53,707 nucleotides of DNA from a bacterium (GCA_030647735.1 JAUSIY010000044.1:1-53707), one strand, 5' to 3'; positions 1-10,619 are shown, numbered from the stretch's first letter. The notes: generated by a model not told the origin, from the letters alone. Translations and numbers: made by a program.

Positions 1-24
1 CCAGTTTTTCGACGTTAGGGACTA

Positions 25-225
25 CTACGACTTTACCCTTAGATTCTTAATCTCCCTCTCCAACCCCTCCACGATATTTTTGTATACCATGAACTCAGTG
101 TAGCGCAATTCAGAAAGGCTGCTTTCGTGCTTCACTCCTCTGAAGTTTCTTTTCTTATCCAGGAAAATTTTTTTGTAATGGGCTAGCTTCTCCTCTAACT
201 GATTCAGTTTCTGTTTGTCGGTCAT
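25..225 (-). CDS. hypothetical small charged coiled-coil-like protein (66 aa)
   Basis: Intact ORF immediately downstream of the terminator that follows the 16S gene. The sequence is K/E/L-rich and matches no family I recognise. Confidence 0.4.
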   Translation of the reverse strand: MTDKQKLNQLEEKLAHYKKIFLDKKRNFRGVKHESSLSELRYTEFMVYKNIVEGLEREIKNLRVKS

Positions 226-240
226 CTGTATATTTTACCA

Positions 241-272
241 ACAAAAAACCGCCAATGATTATCAACGGCGGT
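241..272 (-). terminator. rho-independent terminator downstream of 16S rRNA
   Basis: Minus strand reads ACCGCC (272-267), a 13-nt loop with an inner TGAT/ATCA pairing, then GGCGGT (253-248) followed by TTTTTGT. It sits about 143 nt past the 16S 3' end. Confidence 0.55.
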
Positions 273-414
273 ATTTATGCATCTTGTTGCTCGGAAAGTG
301 GTAAGAAAAGCAGCGAGTTGGCCTATGACTTGTTGGCCGACTCCTACCGATGGATATGTATTTGTTTTAATGAGCAAACATACCAAAAATCTCAGGGTGT
401 TAAATTTCACTCCT

Positions 415-1896
<1,482 letters not shown>

Positions 1897-1971
1897 AACT
1901 CTTACCACTTTCTGAAAAACAAGATGTTACTGACAAATATGTTTTTAAGGTGCAACATATGAAGCTTGGCC

Positions 1972-2000
1972 ATTTTACACTACCAACTGCTAGGTGTAAA
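1972..2000 (-). promoter_or_regulatory. candidate sigma70-type promoter of the 16S gene
   Basis: Minus strand shows TTTACA (2000-1995), a 17-nt spacer, then TAAAAT (1977-1972). It lies about 70 nt upstream of the mature 16S 5' end. Confidence 0.5.
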
Positions 2001-2005
2001 GAATC

Positions 2006-3187
2006 CTAGTTTAAAGGCTTACTTTGACCACTGGTTAAGTCGTACAATAAATACTTATCAAACTTCTCCCCCACTCGGTAAATGAACTGGTTATCATCAA
2101 CCCAAGCCTCCGGTTCGCCATCGACAATTTTTCTGACACTATTGCCATCCCAATACTGAACATATACTGGTCCGTTAACTACATCATATTTGCGAAAAAG
2201 CAATTTACTTCCATTAGGAGAGATTATCGGTTTCTGAATATAGGCCCACCTTCCTTCTTCTACAACGACCCCTTCCGTGGCCGGATAATCAGCTACCACT
2301 ATTTTAGTGTAGTTTTCAGTCCCCGATTCATTACCAGTTCGGCCTAAGGATAAAGCCCACTTACCACTAATGCTTGTTGATATTTGTGGATAGAACCATT
2401 CCGCAAATCCACTACCTGCTGTTTTAGTATCTGCTTCAAATTTCTCTATATCAAAGACAATGTATCCGGCAGTCGGAGCCTGATTTGCATCAATCAAAGT
2501 TAGCAGCTTGGTTGGAGACACCCAAACTACCACATTATCCAACGGACTAAGCCAGATGACTTTGCCTGTAACAGTATCTGCTAAAAACACTCCTTGAGGG
2601 AATTTGTTTTGATCAAATGTCCTCGTCTCCTCCACAAGCATCCCCATAAATGCTCCCTTGAGGGTTTCCCCTACAGAATAGAAAACGACATACTTAGAAT
2701 CCAAAGACCAAGGTCCCAGTCCTGAAACAGGTCGCTCCCTAGTTACCTGGACTTTTTCTTTGCCATCAGCAGAGATTAACCACAGCTGGTTATCTTTGAT
2801 ATAGGCGGTTTTAGATAAGTCTGGAGAGATCATTGGGTCAGTACTGCCTTGGTAGATTGCTCCCCCACCTGCAGATATCTTCTCTTCCACCTCAATTGAA
2901 GTACCTACTCTACTTCCCTCAACAGGCAGGAGAACTAAATTAAAGTCTTTAGTCTGAGCATAACTTTTAGCCTGGGTCGGAGACAAGGGTTGGAATGACC
3001 AGCTGTCAGAAATACTCTCAGGATTAGTGCATATCGGACAGGCCGTCGGGGAAGATTTTAATCTCATTCCTAAACCAAAACTTCCTCCAACTAAAACCAA
3101 TACTCCGACTCCAATTAATAACCATTTAACAATTCCATTTAGACCTCTTTGAGGAACAACAACTGGACTTGTTGGTACCGGATCCAT
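2006..3187 (-). CDS. membrane-anchored TolB-like (PD40/WD40-like) beta-propeller protein
   Basis: N-terminal TM helix (WLLIGVGVLVLVGGSFGLG). Repeated SPD/SPNG-type blades: ISPDLSKTAYIKDNQLWLISADGKE, WSLDSKYVVFYS, ISPNGSKLLFRK. Confidence 0.6.
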   Translation of the reverse strand: MDPVPTSPVVVPQRGLNGIVKWLLIGVGVLVLVGGSFGLGMRLKSSPTACPICTNPESISDSWSFQPLSPTQAKSYAQTKDFNLVLLPVEGSRVGTSIEVEEKISAGGGAIYQGSTDPMISPDLSKTAYIKDNQLWLISADGKEKVQVTRERPVSGLGPWSLDSKYVVFYSVGETLKGAFMGMLVEETRTFDQNKFPQGVFLADTVTGKVIWLSPLDNVVVWVSPTKLLTLIDANQAPTAGYIVFDIEKFEADTKTAGSGFAEWFYPQISTSISGKWALSLGRTGNESGTENYTKIVVADYPATEGVVVEEGRWAYIQKPIISPNGSKLLFRKYDVVNGPVYVQYWDGNSVRKIVDGEPEAWVDDNQFIYRVGEKFDKYLLYDLTSGQSKPLN

Positions 3188-3196
3188 ACAATTAGT

Positions 3197-3730
3197 TTAC
3201 CCTTCTATTTTAGAGAGCACAATCCCGGTGCTGACAACCACGTTCAAACTCTTGTTCACTCCAAACATAGGGATCTCCACAACTTTATCTGCTAAATCTA
3301 ATACTTCCCGGCCTACTCCTTCAGTTTCATGGCCTACTACTATGGCAACAGGTTGAATATCCGAAACCCGAATATTGAAATCAGAAATCGAAACAGATCT
3401 GGCACTTTGTTCAACAGCGATTACTTTGATGTTTGGAGTCCGAGATTTGAGATTTGAAATGGCAGATTTAGCCGAATCAAAATATTGCCATTTCACCCAC
3501 TCTTCCGTTCCTACTGCGGCTTTATGAATCCGGGAATTGGGTGGGGTTTCGGTATTACCGGTCAAAATTATTTCTCGAGCTGCCACTGCATCTGCCAGTC
3601 TGAAAAGAGAACCAATATTGTATGTGTCCATGACATTATCCAGTACTATATATATAGGCCGGTGCTGAATATGGGCTAATTGGGTATCTGAGGGTTTAGT
3701 GGCCCGCAACTGCTTAGCGTTTAACTTCAT
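3197..3730 (-). CDS. TrmH/SpoU-family RNA 2'-O-methyltransferase
   Basis: SpoU motifs NIGSLFRLADA, VVGHETEGV and IPMFGVNKSLNVVVSTGIVL. Confidence 0.8.
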   Translation of the reverse strand: MKLNAKQLRATKPSDTQLAHIQHRPIYIVLDNVMDTYNIGSLFRLADAVAAREIILTGNTETPPNSRIHKAAVGTEEWVKWQYFDSAKSAISNLKSRTPNIKVIAVEQSARSVSISDFNIRVSDIQPVAIVVGHETEGVGREVLDLADKVVEIPMFGVNKSLNVVVSTGIVLSKIEG

Positions 3731-3748
3731 CTTCAGAATTTTACACCA

Positions 3749-4552
3749 TTACAGAGCAGCCCAGTCGTCTTGAGAAGCAAACAAAGCGTCGTGGAATTCC
3801 CAGAACTTACCCTGATCCCGGGCGCATTCGGCTGCTTCAGCCGTTTTTTGTGCATGGGGGTGGATTTGAGACAGGGGGAAATGTTTGTATGCAAAGACTA
3901 CCTTGTCACCATATTCGTCTAAAATCTGTTTGATCGTCGGAAATGCCTGGGCACAGTAAGGACACTGAAAATCTGAGTATTCTATTAATGTGACGGCCGC
4001 CCCTGGGTCGCCATTAATTGGAGCATTACCTAAGGATATTTTCTTGGGGATGGGGTCAAAATAACCATTTTTGGCCGCCTGCTGTAAACTATCGGAATAG
4101 TCGGCCACCTTACTTGATCCCTTACCAGCAAGCTCTCTGTCAATAATTTCCTTAAAGTTCCCCAACGGAAACGCTCCGCCTAGGAATCTGCCGTTTACAT
4201 AAAAAGCCGGGGTACCGGCCACTCCCATAGCAGAACCTTCTGCAGCATCTGCCTCTACCACCGTCTTCTTTTCCCCAGAGTTCATACAAGTAACCAGCTT
4301 CTGACTGTCTAGGCCGACCTGTTTGGCTAAAGCGGTCATCGCCTCGTCAAAGGAAGCATATTTAGAAGCTGCCCCTTGACCAGCCCTAGGAGCAGTAGTT
4401 CCAGCTATTTTATTTGAGCCCTGTAACTTCCCCCACATGAGCCCCATACCAAAAGCCATCACCACGATTACGGCTACTAAGAAAGGGACAACTTTTCCTG
4501 CTAAATTGAATTTCACCTTGGGGATGCGAAGCATGCCTACCATAATAGACAA
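3749..4552 (-). CDS. DsbA-family thiol:disulfide oxidoreductase, membrane anchored, apparently circularly permuted
   Basis: TM helix, then the cis-Pro region GTPAFYVNG (residues 113-121), then the CxxC motif in IEYSDFQCPYCAQ (197-200) with FPLSQIHPHAQ...QGKFWEFHD. The order is the reverse of canonical DsbA/BdbD. Confidence 0.8.
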   Translation of the reverse strand: MSIMVGMLRIPKVKFNLAGKVVPFLVAVIVVMAFGMGLMWGKLQGSNKIAGTTAPRAGQGAASKYASFDEAMTALAKQVGLDSQKLVTCMNSGEKKTVVEADAAEGSAMGVAGTPAFYVNGRFLGGAFPLGNFKEIIDRELAGKGSSKVADYSDSLQQAAKNGYFDPIPKKISLGNAPINGDPGAAVTLIEYSDFQCPYCAQAFPTIKQILDEYGDKVVFAYKHFPLSQIHPHAQKTAEAAECARDQGKFWEFHDALFASQDDWAAL

Positions 4553-4553
4553 C

Positions 4554-5531
4554 TTACTTCTCCTCTGTCAACCAGCGCTCTACATCCAAAGCTGCTTCAC
4601 AACCATAACCGGCTGCCGTAACCGCTTGGCGATAGTGATAATCATGAATATCGCCGGCTGAAAATACTCCTTCAATACTGGTCATGGAGTGATATCTCTG
4701 AGTTATAGGTATGTCGGTTTTATCTAGCAGATTCTGAGGTTCATGTCGCCGACTAACCACGTACCCCTTTTCATCTACATGAATATCACTGGCAAACAGT
4801 TCGGTAACCGGAATATGGCCAATAGCTACAAATAGACCATCGATGGCCATTTCCTGCTCCTGATTTGTTTGGCTATTTTTAATTTTTATTCCGGTCACCT
4901 TGTCCGTTCCTAACACATCAGTGACCTCAGTATTAAAAATTATTTTAATGGCCGGATTGTTCTTCACCCGGTCCTGCATGATCTGACTGGCCCGAAAACT
5001 GTTTTTGCGATGAACGATCGTGACCTCGGGAGTAAACTTGGCTAAAACCAAGGCTTCTTCCATTGCCGAATCTCCTCCACCTACCACAACTACTTTTTTG
5101 CCTTTGAAAAAAGGGGCGTCACAGGGGGCACAGCTAGATACACCGCGGCCGATGAGTCTTTGTTCGGCCGGCAATTCCAGCCATTTGGTTTTGGCCCCGG
5201 TTGACAAAATAATCGCTTTACCCAGATACACGTTCTGGCCTACATTAGCCACAAACGGCTTCTTACTGAAATCAATTCCGGTAATGTCCGCCTGCAGAAA
5301 TTTTGCTCCATGCCGCTCGGTCTGATCCCGCATCCGCTGCATAAGTTCCGGTCCTTGAATACCTTCAGGAAACCCCGGGTAATTTTCTACTAAAGTGGTC
5401 AACATTAACTGACCTCCCCACTTTTCTCCCCCAATAATTAAAGTCTTTAAATTTGCCCTGCTGGTATATAACCCAGCCGTCAATCCGGCTGGTCCTGAAC
5501 CCACAATAATTACGTCATATATCTCTTCCAT
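4554..5531 (-). CDS. trxB: thioredoxin-disulfide reductase
   Basis: FAD motif VIIVGSGPAGLTAG, redox-active CAPC (SCAPCDAPFF), NADPH motif VVVVGGGDSAMEEA and C-terminal FSAGD. Confidence 0.9.
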   Translation of the reverse strand: MEEIYDVIIVGSGPAGLTAGLYTSRANLKTLIIGGEKWGGQLMLTTLVENYPGFPEGIQGPELMQRMRDQTERHGAKFLQADITGIDFSKKPFVANVGQNVYLGKAIILSTGAKTKWLELPAEQRLIGRGVSSCAPCDAPFFKGKKVVVVGGGDSAMEEALVLAKFTPEVTIVHRKNSFRASQIMQDRVKNNPAIKIIFNTEVTDVLGTDKVTGIKIKNSQTNQEQEMAIDGLFVAIGHIPVTELFASDIHVDEKGYVVSRRHEPQNLLDKTDIPITQRYHSMTSIEGVFSAGDIHDYHYRQAVTAAGYGCEAALDVERWLTEEK

Positions 5532-5848
5532 TACAGTCCGGCTTTCTTGAGTAGATCCAAGTATCCAGCTTTACCGGCAAAGCCCACCTGGCGGCCAATC
5601 TCTACTCCATCTTTAAACAAAATTACCGTCGGAATAGAGAGGCAGTTATATCTCTGGGCTAAATCGGGAAACTTATCTACATCAAGCTTGGCAATTAATA
5701 CTTTCCCGGCATATTCCTCAGACAGCTGATCAATAATCGGACCGGCCATTTTACACGGCCCACACCACTCGGCCCAAAAATCTACAAAGGCCATCCCGCT
5801 TTTAATCTGGGCGTCAAAATCAGAGCTAGTTAAATGGACGGTGGCCAT
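5531..5848 (-). CDS. trxA: thioredoxin
   Basis: 105 aa with FWAEWCGPCKM (WCGPC active site) and SIPTVILFKDG. Confidence 0.9.
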   Translation of the reverse strand: MATVHLTSSDFDAQIKSGMAFVDFWAEWCGPCKMAGPIIDQLSEEYAGKVLIAKLDVDKFPDLAQRYNCLSIPTVILFKDGVEIGRQVGFAGKAGYLDLLKKAGL

Positions 5849-5861
5849 GCCCCCTACTATA

Positions 5862-6620
5862 TCAGCCTTCTAACAATCTAATCAAGACATAAATCAGGAC
5901 TATACCAGCGACAAAAACTAATATTTGGGCTGAATTATTTTTGACTTCATGATGCAGGTGGGCGTGGTGCAATTCGGGAATTAAATCAGAACAGGCCAAG
6001 TAAATAAACATCCCCCCGGCAAAAAATAACAGAGTAGGTAATATACCCTCAATTTGTGTCCCGACAAAGTACACTAGCACCGCCCCAATTAGAGCAGCTA
6101 AGGCACTAATCAAATTCATGACTATAGTTCGCCTCCGACTCCAACCGCCCGCTAACATCACTCCAAAATCAGCCATTTCGTGAGGAATCTCGTGAGCCAT
6201 AACTGCTAGGGCCGTAACTGCACCTAAGCCTGGGTTGGCCACCACAGCTGCCCCCATGACTAGTCCATCAATAAAATTGTGCACTGTGTCCCCCACGTTT
6301 ACCATAAGCGGAGTAGAGTGTTTTTCTTTGTTGTCTACACAATCGTCTCCGTGATGGTGATGCCACAAGAGTGACTTCTCCAACAGAAAGAGAAAGATAA
6401 CTCCGGCCAATATCCAGCCAAACATTAATTCTTTGCCCATAGCAGCTGCCTCCGGCAATAAATCAAAAAAAGCAGTGGCCAACATCACTCCGGCCGCAAA
6501 CGAAATCATTAAAAGTGACTGGGCATGGCTGAGGGCTTTCTTTCGTAGCGCTAACAAAATTCCTCCCACCAATCCACCCACGCTACCAATAAAAGAATAG
6601 GCCAAAATTTGCCAAATCAT
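5862..6620 (-). CDS. ZIP-family divalent metal (Zn/Fe) transporter
   Basis: Multi-TM protein with HNFIDGL and HEIPHEMADFGVML motifs and a His-rich loop (WHHHHGDD). The start is placed at ATG 6620, which forms an ATGA overlap with the upstream stop. The ORF-track start at 6668 looks too long. Confidence 0.8.
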   Translation of the reverse strand: MIWQILAYSFIGSVGGLVGGILLALRKKALSHAQSLLMISFAAGVMLATAFFDLLPEAAAMGKELMFGWILAGVIFLFLLEKSLLWHHHHGDDCVDNKEKHSTPLMVNVGDTVHNFIDGLVMGAAVVANPGLGAVTALAVMAHEIPHEMADFGVMLAGGWSRRRTIVMNLISALAALIGAVLVYFVGTQIEGILPTLLFFAGGMFIYLACSDLIPELHHAHLHHEVKNNSAQILVFVAGIVLIYVLIRLLEG

Positions 6621-7147
6621 CGGACTAATCCTATCACACTTACCAACAACAGAGCCGCCCACACCCACTTAATCAGATTGTGTTCTCGCAAGGTGAACTG
6701 GCGAGCAAAAATCCAGTACCATTTGGCATAATCTTTCTCCTGCCAAAAGGTAAACAACAACCGGGTACCCAAACCCAGAACTACCCCACTGGCCAGCAGG
6801 CTGCCTGATGAAGTAATTGTCCAGATACCCACTACAGCGACAATTAAACCGGTAAGTACGTTGTGCACCGGCAGTCGAGTCCGTTCTCCCGCTGTCTCTT
6901 TAAGTATTCCCCAAGCGTTTTTCCAATCTTTTTTCTCTATCTCACGTCTTACTCTCTGGCAAGAAAGTTCCTGAGGGTTACAGGCATAGGCATAAAAAAG
7001 ATGGTCTAATTCTCCCAATACATAACCAATTCCCCACCCAACCACCATCAAGATATTTCCGATGTAATTTAGTCCTCCTAATCCCAAAACCAAGTACTCC
7101 CTAACTAATCTGATAATTAAGACCAATCCCAACACAAAGAGACTCAT
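6617..7147 (-). CDS. hypothetical integral membrane protein
   Basis: 176-aa ORF with several hydrophobic helices, translationally coupled (ATGA) to the ZIP transporter. No family recognised. Confidence 0.5.
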   Translation of the reverse strand: MSLFVLGLVLIIRLVREYLVLGLGGLNYIGNILMVVGWGIGYVLGELDHLFYAYACNPQELSCQRVRREIEKKDWKNAWGILKETAGERTRLPVHNVLTGLIVAVVGIWTITSSGSLLASGVVLGLGTRLLFTFWQEKDYAKWYWIFARQFTLREHNLIKWVWAALLLVSVIGLVR

Positions 7148-7163
7148 GGATTTAGTATATCAC

Positions 7164-9134
7164 TCACTTTTTCTTGGCAATATCTTCTCTGACTTCATCT
7201 AGCTTTCCCATCTGGCGCAAGCCTTCCTGCACCCACAGTGCTTTGTGCATATCCTTACCATCTTGGTGACTTGCGAAGCTATACACTGCTCTCGGTTCTG
7301 GTACAAGAACTATTCCTTGGCCGCCCGCTGGATAATCAACCCGACTTCCAATTCCCTTTTCGACAAACTCGGCAAAACCACCAGGAACCACTACTTCCAG
7401 TTGGCCGGTCGGCCTCATCCAGGTCCTCCAACCTACTTGCTCAGTGTGTCCTCCCACTAAGGCATCGGCAGCAATTCCCCATACTTCCGCCACCCTGGTT
7501 AGACCATGAGCAGGATTGATCAGTGAAGTGAAATGGCTCAACTTGTCCCGAACGTATAAAGTGAAGTCTGCTTCGGGAGTATCAACCCGCATTACTGTCT
7601 CCGGCTGAAGCAAAGGAGTACCAGCAACAGGGCTTTCATAATACAGCCAGTCACCTGGTAGCAGCCTCTCTTTGGTCACCTTGTGCATTTTACCGTCATC
7701 GCCCTCTTCTTTAACTATTAGATCTTTTGACCAATCATTATGCCTTAAGTCGTCGGTTAACATAATCCCTAACAAGGACGAATCTGCTTGATCCAAAGTG
7801 TCAGCTAGGTCTGCCAGTACCTCGTCTCTATCTCCGCGCTTAGCTGTTCCTTGGTTTACTAACCGTCGGGTAGCTACATAAAAGGCCCAGTCATCTTTAT
7901 TAATGTCTTCTAAAACCTCCCCCAGTCCTTTCCGATCAAAACTGTTCGATCCAATTCTGGTGTTGCCGATGAATTGCACAGAGACAGGTAGCGTTGTAGA
8001 AATATGCTGGGCCACTGTCTTGTACAGTGGGGCGCTTCCTTCAGATTTAGAGGCCACTTCCTGCGGAGCTATAATACTTTTATCAGGCTCTAATGTAACT
8101 TCGGGAGCCGGGAATCTGCCATCATCTTGAATCATCCCCACCAAATCTTCCAGGGTCCCTGCAGTTCCAGAGGCGTTATCCCACAATTTCATAGCGTCAT
8201 AGAGAAGATTAGCCCGATCATAGTCGGCTACGGGGTAACAATTAAGTTTTTCTCCCTCTTCTCCCCGCCTCCATATGGACACCAGTCCTCGACCAGCATC
8301 GCCAGGCTGGTTCCTGGGAGGGACAGCCACCCTGCCTACCAGAAACTCATCCGGATTGTCCCTTGATCCTTTAGCGGTCCCCACTTCTCCTAAAGAAGTC
8401 GTTACGTCTTTTCTAATAATAGGATTGCGTATCACATCTTGTCCAGCAACCAATCGGTGCATATGAGCATCAGCCACCATGGTCGGTCTATCTGGATGAC
8501 CTACCGGTACTTCCCGAGATCTGGCCCGAGTAGAACCTTCAGGACTTTGTTGAGTTCTGCCAGAGCCAGCGTTATGGTAAGCTTCGATTCTTCCCAAGTC
8601 CTCTGTGGTCAGCCCATCTTTAAAAATGATCTGGCCACCACTATAAATCAGAGGGGTAGTCTCATCTGCTATGTCCCTTAAAGGATCATAACCAGCGACT
8701 TTGTCTGCCCAACCTTCATGGCAGAAGTTTTTACCTACACCTACCCACTGGCCTCTAACCCGGCCAAGTTTAACCCGGGCATTGGCTACTTGGTCATTTA
8801 GACCCAGAGCTATTTTAATAGTGTTGGTGTTCATAAATTTATTGGATTGGCCTTCAATAATATTTCCCTGGGTAATCATAAGCCCGTCTCCAGTCTGGGC
8901 TATAGCATCGTCTAAGCCGTCGGGGTCGGCCGAATCGTGAACATCGTGGGTATCTCCCACATGGTTGACCTTAAGCGGTAAATCTTCCGGAAAAAGAGAT
9001 ATTGTGACTTCTGATTTATAAGGATTAAGAGCCAGTAAAACTGTTTGCCGTTCCCTAATGTACTCTTTTACTCTGGCTGCGTTTTTTTCTGCATCTGGTC
9101 CTCTGAGGAAATCTTTTCTCTTTGGAATTTCCAT
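7164..9134 (-). CDS. large hypothetical protein (656 aa), no confident family
   Basis: Long intact ORF starting at ATG 9134. There are only weak metallophosphoesterase-like fragments: VGDTHDVHD, QGNIIEG and GGHTEQ. Confidence 0.6.
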   Translation of the reverse strand: MEIPKRKDFLRGPDAEKNAARVKEYIRERQTVLLALNPYKSEVTISLFPEDLPLKVNHVGDTHDVHDSADPDGLDDAIAQTGDGLMITQGNIIEGQSNKFMNTNTIKIALGLNDQVANARVKLGRVRGQWVGVGKNFCHEGWADKVAGYDPLRDIADETTPLIYSGGQIIFKDGLTTEDLGRIEAYHNAGSGRTQQSPEGSTRARSREVPVGHPDRPTMVADAHMHRLVAGQDVIRNPIIRKDVTTSLGEVGTAKGSRDNPDEFLVGRVAVPPRNQPGDAGRGLVSIWRRGEEGEKLNCYPVADYDRANLLYDAMKLWDNASGTAGTLEDLVGMIQDDGRFPAPEVTLEPDKSIIAPQEVASKSEGSAPLYKTVAQHISTTLPVSVQFIGNTRIGSNSFDRKGLGEVLEDINKDDWAFYVATRRLVNQGTAKRGDRDEVLADLADTLDQADSSLLGIMLTDDLRHNDWSKDLIVKEEGDDGKMHKVTKERLLPGDWLYYESPVAGTPLLQPETVMRVDTPEADFTLYVRDKLSHFTSLINPAHGLTRVAEVWGIAADALVGGHTEQVGWRTWMRPTGQLEVVVPGGFAEFVEKGIGSRVDYPAGGQGIVLVPEPRAVYSFASHQDGKDMHKALWVQEGLRQMGKLDEVREDIAKKK

Positions 9135-9197
9135 CTATTATAGTTCTATTAAATCTACCCTAATCTTTCTGGATCCTAGTCCCAAATTCTGTCTCTG

Positions 9198-9467
9198 TCA
9201 ACCCCCTAAATTTGGCTGTCGCAACTGTTTCAGTTTCCACATAAATAATGCCCCCTTAGAGTCTGCGTTGCTGTCCAAAACAAACCTCCGGCAAGCGTCA
9301 AGGACTGCCCTGTCTACGGTTTTAGCCAACTTAATATACAAGGCTTTGTGTTTTAAATCCCCCAACTCTGCTGCTAATCGATAGCCGTAGTCCTGATACT
9401 CCCGGGAGATATATTTATTTTTGTCCCCGGCTTTTTTCTCATCCAGAATTTGGCTTATGGATTTCAT
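9198..9467 (-). CDS. hypothetical small protein (89 aa)
   Basis: Intact ORF overlapping the pth 3' end by 29 nt. The sequence is helical and basic, with no family recognised. Confidence 0.45.
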   Translation of the reverse strand: MKSISQILDEKKAGDKNKYISREYQDYGYRLAAELGDLKHKALYIKLAKTVDRAVLDACRRFVLDSNADSKGALFMWKLKQLRQPNLGG

Positions 9468-9948
9468 GGCCTATTTTCTCCAATACACTATTAATAACTT
9501 CCCGTTCTGAAGTCGAAAACCTTTGTAGCACATACGCTTCGCCTGGAGTGCGATTTTCAGTATCCCGATTGTCTACACCGATTCTAATCCGCCAGAAGTC
9601 TTTAGATCCAAAAGTTTTTTCTAGAGATTGAACTCCATAGTGGAGTTTAGGTCCTACTGCTTTTTGGATTTTGTATTCTCCTAAGCGCAGATCCAGATCA
9701 TCGTGAGCCACGTATAGATCTCCTTCTGGAAGTCCCTGCAATAATCTGCCAGATTCATTCATGAAGACATCCCGAGTTTTAACTAGAGTTACCTGGGGGG
9801 ATTTAAAAACCATGGCGTTGTAGTTTTTACGCCATCCATAGTCACTGGCTAGTTGAGTAGAGAGCAATTCCACCAGCATCATCCCCACATTATGCCTACT
9901 GCCCTGGTATTGCTCACCTGGATTACCGAGTCCCACAATTATCTGCAT
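9439..9948 (-). CDS. pth: peptidyl-tRNA hydrolase
   Basis: N-terminus MQIIVGLGNPGEQYQGSRHNVGMM is the Pth signature, followed by VAHDDLDL. Confidence 0.9.
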   Translation of the reverse strand: MQIIVGLGNPGEQYQGSRHNVGMMLVELLSTQLASDYGWRKNYNAMVFKSPQVTLVKTRDVFMNESGRLLQGLPEGDLYVAHDDLDLRLGEYKIQKAVGPKLHYGVQSLEKTFGSKDFWRIRIGVDNRDTENRTPGEAYVLQRFSTSEREVINSVLEKIGHEIHKPNSG

Positions 9949-10024
9949 GTGGATATTTTAATCCTTGACTGTCTTTGTCACAAATGGCACACTTTAATTC
10001 CGGAGACCCCAACCCGGATTTTTT

Positions 10025-10237
10025 ATGCCCGAAAAGATGCGCGAGGTTAAACCTGGAGATCAATTTAGATTTCCTAACGGTCTGGTTGTCACCGTTATCC
10101 CCATTCATCCTGCCGACCTTCTCCTTGGTCAGGATTTTATGAAAACCCAGTTTCCATCAGGAACCGTTCTCTGGGTGAATACTGGATACTGGAAGCAAAC
10201 AGGAAACATTAAACTCTGGCAAGCAAAAGAAACCTAG
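10025..10237 (+). CDS. hypothetical protein (70 aa), uncertain
   Basis: The only ORF in a 317-nt gap between minus-strand genes. It starts right after a hairpin plus T-run (about 9998-10024). No homology recognised. Confidence 0.3.
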   Translation: MPEKMREVKPGDQFRFPNGLVVTVIPIHPADLLLGQDFMKTQFPSGTVLWVNTGYWKQTGNIKLWQAKET

Positions 10238-10265
10238 CCAAAGTTCCTCCTGAATTTCCTAGGCG

Positions 10266-10607
10266 TTAAACTTTCTTGATTATTTTGTCAACCCAACCAC
10301 TCAAAAGCGGTAATTTTACTGTCGCTCCCTGGTAGGCTTTGACTGCTAAGAATAACTGAATGACTAATCCGGCCACCCAAACAAAGGGAACCAGGATTGC
10401 CAAAACCAGAGTTGATCCCAAGACTGTGATAAGGACTAAAACCGCCAGTCCCAATAACAGGGATTGCACGGCATGCCATTTAACAGTGGAGTTTCTCTCT
10501 ACTAGCAGTAAGACTATGGCTGCCACCCAGCCGATAAAAGGCACGTAGCATAAAGCTGAGGCCAAGTTGGGAGCTAAATTTGTAGAACTTGCACTTCTAG
10601 TTGCCAT
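10266..10607 (-). CDS. DUF4870-like small membrane protein
   Basis: ALCYVPFIGWVAAIVLLLVE motif and three TM helices, typical of that family. Confidence 0.55.
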   Translation of the reverse strand: MATRSASSTNLAPNLASALCYVPFIGWVAAIVLLLVERNSTVKWHAVQSLLLGLAVLVLITVLGSTLVLAILVPFVWVAGLVIQLFLAVKAYQGATVKLPLLSGWVDKIIKKV

Positions 10608-10619
10608 CTAAATCACCGC

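Noticed and set aside
1-414. Expected 16S-23S spacer with tRNA-Ile/tRNA-Ala and the start of a 23S gene.
   Set aside because: No tRNA cloverleaf or 23S 5' sequence is visible. A terminator and a protein ORF are found instead. The 23S gene could still lie beyond the window edge.
7164-9134. Annotating the 656-aa protein as a calcineurin-like metallophosphoesterase.
   Set aside because: Only fragments of the motif series are present, with wrong spacing and a substituted final His. The call is kept as hypothetical.
7238-9384. Chain of plus-strand ORFs (63-108 aa) antisense to the 656-aa gene. Similar antisense ORFs lie opposite the VirD4-like gene, nrdJ, the PBPs, ftsH, gap and others.
   Set aside because: These are shadow ORFs typical of the opposite strand of long genes with few antisense stops. 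They have no independent start signals or recognisable motifs.
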